This document shows positions 27,557 to 37,300 of a DNA stretch of 60,529 nucleotides, piece by piece. The position numbers were made by a program, and so were the translations under genes. The notes below the pieces were generated by a model. That model was not told the origin of the DNA, did no database searches, and saw nothing but the letters and a program-made list of their open reading frames with translations. The DNA lies in the NCBI GenBank assembly GCA_041565275.1, contig JBFGVE010000003.1:1-60529 (forward strand), in the 5' to 3' direction. Origin of the DNA: Bacteroidia bacterium. GTDB taxonomy: Bacteria; Bacteroidota; Bacteroidia; J057; JADKCL01. The number at the start of each line of letters is the position of its first letter. The first letter of the stretch is position 1.

Positions 27557-27910
27557 CAGAGTGCTTCATGCGAAAAGTTTTGCCAGCAAGTCCTCAAACT
27601 CATCCGACACTTTATCCATCTAACAAAATACGAGGTAACAAAATGGAAGATATTACCGAATTAAGTGCGAATCCCCTGTTAACCGTTGGGCCAGTCTCAG
27701 ATTTTTTTGTCATTTTTTTAGAAATTAGCGAATTTGCTCCGAAGTACTCCTCCTTCCAAATCAGATGTATTTGAATTTGATCCTTGTATACCTTGGGTCA
27801 ATGCTGCATACACAAAAAGCAAACATTGTCAACTATTTAGGTGTGCATGGTGTCTGTATTTTACATACTGCTGTGACTATTGAAACGATATTAATGTAGA
27901 TTTTTGCGAT

Positions 27911-28396
27911 ATGAATTTAATCTTGGGAGAACTGATACGTCAAAAAATTCGCGCTGATGGCCGAACTGCTAAAGTTATCTGTGAAGAGTTGGGTATGAGC
28001 AGGGGTAATCTGGACAAAATTTACCATAAGGAATCGGTAAACAGTGACCTATTAGCAAAGATAAGTTTGTCACTCGGTTATGATTTCTTTAAGCATGTCA
28101 ACCCATTTCGAAAGGAAGAGCTTGAGAATGGTACCCCTGATGTTTGGGTGGAGGGTGTTAAGGAAGAATACACATACAATTCTGTACACAACAAGTTGAA
28201 AGATGCGATGCATAAGTTGGATCTCTGTAAACAGGAACTCAATTTTTTGAGGATCGCAGTGAGTAACGCGAAGGGAAGCCTTTCCGACAAGGATGACATC
28301 ATTGCCCTCTTGAGGGATAAACTGGCGATCCAACAGCGTCAAATAGATTCTTTACAAGCTGAGATTTGCGATTTGAGAACACAACTTGGAAAGTGA
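27911..28396 (+). CDS. XRE-family helix-turn-helix regulator with coiled-coil C-terminus
   Basis: LGELIRQKI...ICEELGMSRGNLDKIYHKESVNSDLLAKISLSLGYDFF (Bacteroidota XRE pattern); heptad C-terminus. Confidence 0.8.
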   Translation: MNLILGELIRQKIRADGRTAKVICEELGMSRGNLDKIYHKESVNSDLLAKISLSLGYDFFKHVNPFRKEELENGTPDVWVEGVKEEYTYNSVHNKLKDAMHKLDLCKQELNFLRIAVSNAKGSLSDKDDIIALLRDKLAIQQRQIDSLQAEICDLRTQLGK

Positions 28397-28460
28397 ATTT
28401 TTGGATTTTCGCATCCGTTTCACGTATTTGCGGTCCACATTTTTGAATAATAATTTTCAA

Positions 28461-29189
28461 ATGCAGCATATCATATTTACAAAAAAAATCAGTATTGTAC
28501 TTTCTTTGTTGTTGGTAGTGTCGTTCTTGGGCTGTGAGCAAGGAATTACCCAGAAAAGCAAAGGAGAGATTACCACTTTAAGTACCAAAAAGGACAGTGT
28601 ATCTTACAGTTTGGGTGTTGACATCGGCCGTAGCATTGCTACACAAGGCTGGGACATAGACGGTAATGCCATGGTTGCTGGGTTTAACGCCATCATGAAC
28701 AGCGATACCCCACTTTTGAGCGAAGACCAATGTCGCCAAATCATTATGAAATACCAGCGTGAAGAGCAGATGGCTCAGCAGCAAAAGGCAAGTGGAGAAA
28801 ACCAAGCGAAAGGTGAGGCGTTCCTCGCTGGTAACCGAAGCAATCCGGCTATTAAAGAACTGCCTAGTGGACTCCAGTATGAAGTACTTGCTGAAGGTGC
28901 TGGTGAAAGCCCGACTCTTGATGATCAGGTTCGCATTCATTACAAAGGCACCTTGATTGATGGAACCACCTTTGATAGCTCCTATGACCGTGGAGAACCC
29001 GCTGTTTTCCAACCACGTGGCCTTATCAAAGCATGGCAAGAAGTCCTTCCTATGATGAAGCCAGGTGCCAAATACAAAATATATTCCCCTGCTTCTCTGG
29101 CCTACGGTGAATTTGGTTCCCCACCGCGGATTGGACCTAATGAGACTCTAATTTTCGAAATGGAATTATTTGAAGTAATCAAACAATAG
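28461..29189 (+). CDS. FKBP-type peptidyl-prolyl isomerase (FkpA/Mip type), lipoprotein
   Basis: Lipobox FLG-C, SYSLGVDIG, LPSGLQYEVL, HYKGTLIDGTTFDSSYDRG, IGPNETLIFEMEL. ATG 28461 preferred over GTG 28386. Confidence 0.95.
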   Translation: MQHIIFTKKISIVLSLLLVVSFLGCEQGITQKSKGEITTLSTKKDSVSYSLGVDIGRSIATQGWDIDGNAMVAGFNAIMNSDTPLLSEDQCRQIIMKYQREEQMAQQQKASGENQAKGEAFLAGNRSNPAIKELPSGLQYEVLAEGAGESPTLDDQVRIHYKGTLIDGTTFDSSYDRGEPAVFQPRGLIKAWQEVLPMMKPGAKYKIYSPASLAYGEFGSPPRIGPNETLIFEMELFEVIKQ

Positions 29190-29372
29190 GCGAATCTATT
29201 TTTGCAGACTGTAATTTGCCGGGAGATCAAGAAAGTAGGGTTTCGGAATAGTATCGTCTCTCTCCCCATTGTGCACCTGAAATCCCAAGGTACCATTGTA
29301 CTTTTAGAATTTTGTACAAGTTATAAGCTTCTGGATGTTTATAATTTGGTCGACAAAGAAGAAGTGCACTTG

Positions 29373-32300
29373 TTATTTCATCAAATAGACTTTGCCAAAG
29401 CCAGCTTTGTTGAAATATTGGTCAATGCCTTCATCCTTCTCCTTGACGCTATCGCGGTCCCTGAATTGGATATGTGCCTTGTAAATGTAGACTCCGTTGG
29501 CAAGGGGGTCACCAAATTCATCGGTACCATTCCAGAAAGTTTCAGTTAGATTACGACCCATGTAGACATCTTCCCTTTCTAGTAGATCCAGAGTCTTGAC
29601 CAAACGCCCGCTGATGGTGTAGATCCGGATTTCAAAGATATAGGGTAATTCGCCTCCGGTCAGGGTGTAGGCAAAGCGAGTTGAAGTAGAGAATGGGTTT
29701 GGATAGGGAAGGACCTTTGAAATGGCCTTTTCATTGACCACATTAAAGTGGATAACGTATTCATCGGTAGCGCTTGCATTGCCCTTGAAATCATAACCTT
29801 GTACGGCGAGGGTGTACTCACCATCATCAAGTAATCCTGGATGGAATACAAGCCGTGCTTTGTTTTGAGGAAGCTGCCCCACCTGAGACTCAATTTTTGG
29901 ATTTCCTTCGATGAAGATCTGCTCGTTGAGCCGGAAGGTACGATCGCTACCAAACCAGATATTATAAGTAGAGTCACTGATGGCCACCGGAAAATACTGG
30001 TTTTCATCATTCAATTCAATGACAATCTCTGGCTCTGGTGCTACAATATCACCGTCCATTAACCGTTTCCCGTCGACAGTGACGTCGAGGATAGGACCAA
30101 TCTTATCAGTGCGGACATGCATACGATGGAAGTAGAAATTGTTGAATTCGTTGTGTTCCACTTGATCAAGATCAGGATTCAACTCAATGATTAAAGTGAC
30201 CTGACCCTCTAATTCCCGACCATCTGTATGAAACCTGTAATCCAGTACCATAACCTCGTTGGCTGCCAGTGGTGCATAACGTTGGTAACCAATCACTTGG
30301 TTGCTGCGGTCGCCCCTCAACAATGAATATCTAACTAAAAGGCTGTCTGTACCAAACTCAGTCAAATTACGTGCACCCATTTTTAGGTTGATGACCTGCC
30401 CCTCATCAACAGTGTCGGGAATATCAAAGGCATAACTGGGGTCAACTGAGACGTCAGGAGCAGGTTCAAAATACACTTCCCAAAATTCCAGCTGAGGTGC
30501 AGTTCTGAAAGAGCGGTCTTCGACTCGTCCTTCCAGCCGGAGAAAGGGGAATTCATCAGAATTGATAGAGGAGATCACTTCAGGACCAATCTCTAAATTT
30601 CCAATCAATAGTACTTCAGTATTATCACGCCGGACACCGTAAATATTGCTGATGGTCTTCTCCTGATTGAAAGGATCAACCGTAGACCAATCCATATTGA
30701 ATTCCGCCCAATCATTCGAGGGACCTATATTAATAGATGAAACAGAAGCGGAGTCATAGCTGGCACTTAGGTCGATCAACAAATCGTAACGGGGAGGATT
30801 ATTTCCAATGGGAAGATTGGGCTTTCTGATAACGATAGCAGTGCCGGGCGCCCCACCTTTACGGCCCAGAATGATTATTCTGTCACCATTTTTAAGACCA
30901 TCGACCTGTTCACCTGATACACCGATCATTTCCAGTGTTTGGAACCATGCGGGTTCCCATTCCCCAAACTTGGGATTCCGAGAGCTTACCATCAGAAAGT
31001 AATCTCCATCCGGAGTATTAATGATATGGTCAAAAAGAGGTTGGAGTGGATCATCTATGAGACCACTTGTGTTGGGTGCAGATGCAAATGTCCAATCGCC
31101 ATAGAATGTATTCAGAAAAGATGGCTCAAGCGTCTTTTGGCTGATGGCAGTATAGCAGACACCATCTCCGGGAAAATTATCCGATCTGAAAGGTCCAAGG
31201 AAAAACTCTGGGTTTTGAGAAAAATCTCCAAATGAGCGGATATACGCATGCAGATTGACTACAAAATTATCAAAGATCCAGATGTGATTGGTTTGATCCA
31301 TGGTGATCCGAGAAGTTGGGTTCCGGAAAAATTGTGGTTCATCGCTTTGGGACCAACCGGTTTTCCCGGGAATATATTTAAATGAACTTTCGTTCCATTG
31401 AACCGGATAGGTATCTGCCAGCCGTACCCGCCAGTAATACACTTGTCCGGGTTGAAGGTCTAGGGATGGATTCCATCTTACAATGGATGAGCTTCCCATG
31501 ATCCGCCCGGACCCAATCCTGAACTCAGAAGTAAATGTATGTGATGTGTCGAGCTCAAATTCATAGGCCATATTGTCTTCCCGAGTGATGATAAAGGTTG
31601 AGGCGACCAGTGAAACTCGGGAGCTATCGACAATTGCATACTCATAGGGAGAAACAATGGCAGGGATATCTCCCTGAATGATTACTTCATTATTGAGACG
31701 GTTATTGGTTTCCAGATATTCGTCAAGGGTGTCAAGAGCATCGACAAAAACCTGAAAATCATTGAGACCGGCTAGGTCAGGTCCAAGAGTATTGAAGATG
31801 GGATAAGAAATAGAATCGATGTAGTCAACAGGACCAATTTTCTTCTCTGGGTAAGTGGTTATGCTTCCATTTGGGATTCTGTGAGTAATCTGAATTTGAA
31901 AGCTGTCGGTGAAGGTTCGCCCATTGTTGTGAACGATGAGGTTGAGGGTGTATTCATTGTCCAAGGCAGAGATGGTCTCAGGTTCGAAGTAGAGGTCTGG
32001 ATCTGATATTTGAAGGTCAGGTTTTTGGGGAAAGCGAAGAACAACGGAAGGATCCCCTTGCAGATTCATCTGCTTGGAATGGTTGATCGTCAGAATATTG
32101 CTGGCAAAATTGCCAGAGGTAGCGTACTTATCAATCACTTTTTGTAAGATCACTCCAATCGGAGCTCCATAGGTTGAATCCCCAAACATCACTTGGTAAA
32201 GATCTTCACCGAAAAGGTGTAATTGTTGTAAGAACCCAGCGGATGTGTTGGCTAGGTAGCCAATGCTCCCTCGATTCGGTTCAAGAATAAATCGCTCTCC

Positions 32301-34352
32301 AAAACTAAGGGTTGAGTTGTTGAAATCTCCTCCATAGCAGCCAAAAGCAATCATAAAAGGATACCGGTCGAAGTTTTGATAGAGCCTGGCTTCGAGAATA
32401 TCGACATCGAAGATATTGGTGCCAGAATGACCAAAGAAGTGGATCAGACCTACTCCCCGGTCGATGAACTCCTTAGATGTCTTGTTGGTGTTGGAAATAT
32501 TTCCAGAGTTCGAGGTCTGAAAAGTAAATACTTTTCCACCCATGGGGGTATTTTCAAGATGGGGTCTGAAGGCATTTCTCATAACACTGGAGATCGTATT
32601 CTGCTCAGCTTGGGTCTTTCCGCCTCCAAGGAAAACGGCCTCCTTCATCCAATAAGCATAATCCATATGCTCATACTTATTCACTTTATCCAGGTAGTTC
32701 AACCCTTCGCTGTCTTCGATTAGGGAGACTCGGCCAATGGCAGCTTCCGGGGTGACACTGGTTGAATTGCGGTCGAAATTAGAAACGTATTCGTAATCGT
32801 TGGCGGGTTCCCCGAAGGTGGGGATGTAATTGTACAGGTTGTCAAGCTTGGGTGCAGGGCGCCCTTTACCCCATAACATGAAAAATTTGGGAGGGGTACT
32901 CCAATTGTCCATGGTGTATTTACAGAAATTTTTGATAGCCAAGGGGTTTAGGCTACCATAGCCAAATTCATCGTAAATCTCATCTACAAATACGACTTTA
33001 GAACTCAGTTGATTGACCCGACAAGTATCTCTGTATTGTGCGTACAGATTGGCTGAATTACTGAATTTACGGTGAGTAATGATGACAAATTCAGCTTCGT
33101 TTCCAGGGTCGCTTAGGTTAGTAAGACTGGTCTGATTCTGGATTACCGGACTCAACAGAGACTTATCGGTATAGATATACAGATCCCTGGGGTCTGGGAA
33201 ACCGGGTACCAGGAACTTAAGTGTATCCCCGACTACTGTGGCTGCGACGGACTGCTTCAGGATAGGATCATACAGCCAAGCTTCACTACTTACATCAGCA
33301 TTAAAGAACCGCAGGTAAGTGGTATCGGTCTTGGTCCATTCACGAACGATGGTAGTGGACGAGTCATCCATATCGAAAGTGCGGTCATATTCGATATAGG
33401 TCCAGCAGGGTGCTCCTGCATCTGGGATCACGCCATTTCCCAAGGCGCCATAGCGAATAGTAGTCGTGTTTCCCAATACCTGATTCGTACTAAATTCGCG
33501 GGTACGAATGTTAATGTTCGAGGTGGTGTCCCTGAAGTGTTCATTTCCATCCACCTGAATAGCGAGGATATGATTACTTGAAGATGTGACGTGTACGGCC
33601 CGGCACTTAATCTTGGTAGGTCTACCCGAATTTGCGAATCCTGGTGTGGAGACCAACGATATCCCCGAATTGGGAGGGCCACCAAATTCAAAGCGCATAC
33701 CGACAAAACCTTCACCTGTAACATAGTCGGGATTTAATACGTGGTAGGGATTGTCACTGCTACCTCCACCACGAAAGTACTTTTCCGTGTGCTCACGCAA
33801 GGCTCGGTATCGATACCAGGGTTCCGGGTTGAAGGAGTCGTAATTATCGGTGGAGTTGACCACATCGTACCGCCGGGTCCCGACAGAATCCCAAGTGATG
33901 AAATAAGCAGAAGTATCTGAAAAAAAACTGCTGAAACGGGTAGGCTGTTGCTCAGGGTCATAACCAAAGGGTGGAATGACAGAGCGGTATATCAGAGAAT
34001 CGAGGTGGCCATCATTTCGTTTGCCGAAAAATTCAATGAAACTGAGCTGGCCGTTGTCGGTGGCTGTTCTGATGGGGATTTCCCGACCGCGGTAGATGAC
34101 TTGAATGGCTGTCGGGTCCAAACCGGAAACATCGACACCGGCAGCAGTCAAATCACTTTCGCTTACCCGGTAAAATCCGTCTTTGTCGATCAAGAACTTG
34201 ATGTAACTCTGGTTGGACCTGTACCATTGATTAAAATAGTCATAGCCTCCACCCCCCTGGCCAAAAATACAGGTCATTTGTCCGGAGACAAATATCAGAA
34301 TAAGGGGTAAAATGAATTTTATCAAATATTCCACGTTCCAAAGGCTTCTCAC
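29373..34352 (-). CDS. C25 (gingipain/PorU-related, PorU2-like) cysteine peptidase with T9SS C-terminal domain, paralog B
   Basis: FVIITHRKF, VDEIYDEFGYG, FMLWGKG, AAIGRV, His motif HFFGHSG, Cys motif AFGCYGGDF, NLQGDP, CTD YPNPFSTST...ANGVYIYK. GTG start overlaps paralog A stop. Confidence 0.9.
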   Translation of the reverse strand: MRSLWNVEYLIKFILPLILIFVSGQMTCIFGQGGGGYDYFNQWYRSNQSYIKFLIDKDGFYRVSESDLTAAGVDVSGLDPTAIQVIYRGREIPIRTATDNGQLSFIEFFGKRNDGHLDSLIYRSVIPPFGYDPEQQPTRFSSFFSDTSAYFITWDSVGTRRYDVVNSTDNYDSFNPEPWYRYRALREHTEKYFRGGGSSDNPYHVLNPDYVTGEGFVGMRFEFGGPPNSGISLVSTPGFANSGRPTKIKCRAVHVTSSSNHILAIQVDGNEHFRDTTSNINIRTREFSTNQVLGNTTTIRYGALGNGVIPDAGAPCWTYIEYDRTFDMDDSSTTIVREWTKTDTTYLRFFNADVSSEAWLYDPILKQSVAATVVGDTLKFLVPGFPDPRDLYIYTDKSLLSPVIQNQTSLTNLSDPGNEAEFVIITHRKFSNSANLYAQYRDTCRVNQLSSKVVFVDEIYDEFGYGSLNPLAIKNFCKYTMDNWSTPPKFFMLWGKGRPAPKLDNLYNYIPTFGEPANDYEYVSNFDRNSTSVTPEAAIGRVSLIEDSEGLNYLDKVNKYEHMDYAYWMKEAVFLGGGKTQAEQNTISSVMRNAFRPHLENTPMGGKVFTFQTSNSGNISNTNKTSKEFIDRGVGLIHFFGHSGTNIFDVDILEARLYQNFDRYPFMIAFGCYGGDFNNSTLSFGERFILEPNRGSIGYLANTSAGFLQQLHLFGEDLYQVMFGDSTYGAPIGVILQKVIDKYATSGNFASNILTINHSKQMNLQGDPSVVLRFPQKPDLQISDPDLYFEPETISALDNEYTLNLIVHNNGRTFTDSFQIQITHRIPNGSITTYPEKKIGPVDYIDSISYPIFNTLGPDLAGLNDFQVFVDALDTLDEYLETNNRLNNEVIIQGDIPAIVSPYEYAIVDSSRVSLVASTFIITREDNMAYEFELDTSHTFTSEFRIGSGRIMGSSSIVRWNPSLDLQPGQVYYWRVRLADTYPVQWNESSFKYIPGKTGWSQSDEPQFFRNPTSRITMDQTNHIWIFDNFVVNLHAYIRSFGDFSQNPEFFLGPFRSDNFPGDGVCYTAISQKTLEPSFLNTFYGDWTFASAPNTSGLIDDPLQPLFDHIINTPDGDYFLMVSSRNPKFGEWEPAWFQTLEMIGVSGEQVDGLKNGDRIIILGRKGGAPGTAIVIRKPNLPIGNNPPRYDLLIDLSASYDSASVSSINIGPSNDWAEFNMDWSTVDPFNQEKTISNIYGVRRDNTEVLLIGNLEIGPEVISSINSDEFPFLRLEGRVEDRSFRTAPQLEFWEVYFEPAPDVSVDPSYAFDIPDTVDEGQVINLKMGARNLTEFGTDSLLVRYSLLRGDRSNQVIGYQRYAPLAANEVMVLDYRFHTDGRELEGQVTLIIELNPDLDQVEHNEFNNFYFHRMHVRTDKIGPILDVTVDGKRLMDGDIVAPEPEIVIELNDENQYFPVAISDSTYNIWFGSDRTFRLNEQIFIEGNPKIESQVGQLPQNKARLVFHPGLLDDGEYTLAVQGYDFKGNASATDEYVIHFNVVNEKAISKVLPYPNPFSTSTRFAYTLTGGELPYIFEIRIYTISGRLVKTLDLLEREDVYMGRNLTETFWNGTDEFGDPLANGVYIYKAHIQFRDRDSVKEKDEGIDQYFNKAGFGKVYLMK

Positions 34353-37300
34353 CTCATAATATACAGTTTCCCGAAACCATTCTCCATGGTGGCAGGTCCG
34401 CCTTCATCGCGGTATTCGATGGCTTCGCCATTTAGTTTTGCAATCACTTTGTAAATATACACTCCATTTGCAAGTACGTCGCCAAACTCATCCTTTCCAT
34501 CCCATGCATAATCTGTAATGTTACGCCCTATTTTAATATCATTCATTTCCACCAGATCGATCACGTTGACCAATTTTCCCGAAATGGAATAGATATGCAA
34601 TTCAAAACGTTCAGGGATTTCATTCCCGGTAAGGGTGTAGACAAACCGGGTTGATGTAGAGAACGGGTTGGGGTAATTTAGAACATCAGAAAGACTGGAA
34701 CGGTTAATAACTGTAAAATCCATTTCATAAGCCACCTTTCCTGAGGGATTTCCAGACTGGTCATACCCTTGCACCCTAATGGTATATTCCCCATCATCGA
34801 GGGGTCCGGGGCGGAAATACAGGCGAGCTTTGTTATCTGGTAATTGAGCGGGTACAACTTCCATTTGCGGATTGCCTTTGATGAAAACTCGGGGGAGGTT
34901 CGCAGAATTAGGCGTTTTATAACCGAATGAAACCTCAAATGCCGTGTCACTGACCAAGAGAAAGGGGTTGTCATCGTTAATTTCCATCAAAATTTCAGGA
35001 TTGGGAGAAACGATATCACCAGCCATTAGGTGCTTGCCATTTACGGTAACATCGAGGATCGGATTTACAAGATCCTGGTCTATAAAGAAATTGTATTCAT
35101 AATAATTGTTGAATTGGTATTGTTCGGGTTGATCTTTATCAGGATTGATCTCAATGTTGAAAGTCATGTGACCTTCAGAAGGGAAGTTTACGGTGTTGAC
35201 AGAATGACTTAGAATGGCACTGGAAGATCTTGGCAAGGGGGCATACCGCTGAGTTCCAGAGTAGACCAGGGTTCTGTTAATGTCTTTTATAGAGAACCTT
35301 ACTAAAAGACTGTCCATGTCATTTTCGGTAATATTGCGGGTGGTGAACTGGACGGAAATAGATTCTCCTTTCCTGACCGTATCTCGATCAAAAGTCCACT
35401 CTATGGTTGGATCGATCAGGGCATCAGGAGCAGGGTTGTAGATCACATGCCATTGCTCCAATTGCGGAGCAGTCAGGTAAATGCTGTCCTGAGTTTGGGC
35501 TTCAAGTCTCAGAAAGGGGAAACTAGAAGCGTCAATTGCCAAAAGCGAATAATTGCCAAGTGGAAGACCAGTATAAACGAGGGAATCAGTGTTGTCGGTG
35601 CGAACAGCATAGACGGAGACCTTTATGGATTCTTGAGGGAACTGGTCCAAGGATTTCCAATCCCAAGTCATGTCAAACCATTGAGTGGCGGGACCGATAG
35701 AGGTGGAAATAATGTGACCACTGGAATAATTGGTTTGGAGGGATTTACGAAGATCAAATTTGTATATACCAGCAGTGGCATCATAAATATTAGGTTCCGT
35801 GATAGTAATTCCCTGGTTGGGCTCCCCCTTTTTACCAAAAATAATAAAAGAATTGCCGGATGGGATGCTTTTGATTTTATTGGTGTCTCCTCCGATTAAG
35901 GCAAATGCCCTAATTAACTGGTCACTCCATAAGTGAGCTTCAGGATTTCCTTCACTGACTGCGAGAAAGTAATCACCTTCAGCCACATTGAACAGGGCAT
36001 TGGTGACATCGCCTTCTGTATCGGGCATTTCAGAATAGATCCAATCCCCAAATAAAGTTCGCTGAACGGTGGGAATGAGGTCTTTGGACCTGATGGCTGT
36101 GTGAAGAATACCAGAGTAATTCTGGGAAGGCAGAGTACTGGAAAAAGCACCGTTTGCAAGGCGGTAAGCTCCATGATTCCCTTGGTTGACAAATGCATGA
36201 AGTTCCACCGCATACTGATCAAAGTTCCAGATATGGTTAACCTTATCCATTGCAATGGTCTTGGTAGGATCGCTGAAGAATTGTGGAGGGCGCGATTGGG
36301 CCCAGCCATTCTTAGTATTGATATACTTGAATGAAGCACTGGCCCAGGTAGCCGGCAAGATATCTTGTAATCTTACCCGCCAATAATACACCATGCTGTC
36401 TGTGAGTGTGAAGGGAACATCCCACTCTGCAAAATTGAAAGAACCCTTCACTGTGGGGGAAGCTGTGTAAGCCGGGGAATTGAAGGTCGGAGTGGTGTCG
36501 ATTTCAAATAGATAAGGTATTTCGAGCTGTGTACCCATGACGAAGGCAGAAGCCGAAAGGCTCACCCGGTTATCTTCCACTACCGCAAAATCGTAAGGAA
36601 ACAGGATGGCAGGGAAATTGCCTGGGACCACATGGTCAAATAGAACTCGGTTGTTGTTTTCCTGATACTCGTCAATAATGTCAGTAGAATCTATGAAAAT
36701 ATCAAAGGTATTAAGCCCGGCCATTTCAGCATTCAGTGTATTGTTGATCGTCATCGAAATGGTATCGATATTGTCGATCGGTCCATGGTAGATGGAAGGA
36801 TAGGTTATCCAGTCTCCAGTGGAAGGAATGCGCTGGCGGAGACTGACATAGAAAGAGTCTTGGGTTACCCGGCCTAGATTGCGGGCGACTATATTGACCT
36901 CAAATACAGAGTCGGCAGCAGAGAAGTTCGACGGACTGAAGTAGACGTCGCTCGCGGTGATTTCAAGGTCCGGTTTTGCTGCAGAATAGAGACGGATGGC
37001 CGGGTCACCTTGTAGATTGATCTGCTTTGCATGGTTGAGAAGGGTTTGGCCGGAGGAGACATTCCAATAGGTTTGTAAGGCATTTTTAATGGAGGTTCCG
37101 ATAGAGCCTCCATAATTGGATCCAAACATCATAGGATAGATGTTGGTACCCAGATTACCGAGCGGGCTCAAGAAACCTGCCGTCGAGTTTGCGAGGTACC
37201 CAATGCTTCCGCGTTCAGGCTCAAGCACAAATCGTTCTCCAAAGCTCTTGCCATCCCCGACAAAGTCTCCTCCATAACATCCGAATGCAATCATCAGAGG

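Noticed and set aside
27449-27774. Plus-strand ORFs 27449-27664 and 27568-27774
   Set aside because: Shadow of the ISAs1 relic and adjacent AT-rich DNA; no family signal.
29202-29549. 115-aa plus-strand ORF after the FKBP gene
   Set aside because: TTG start, overlaps the C25-B 3' end on the opposite strand, no motifs.
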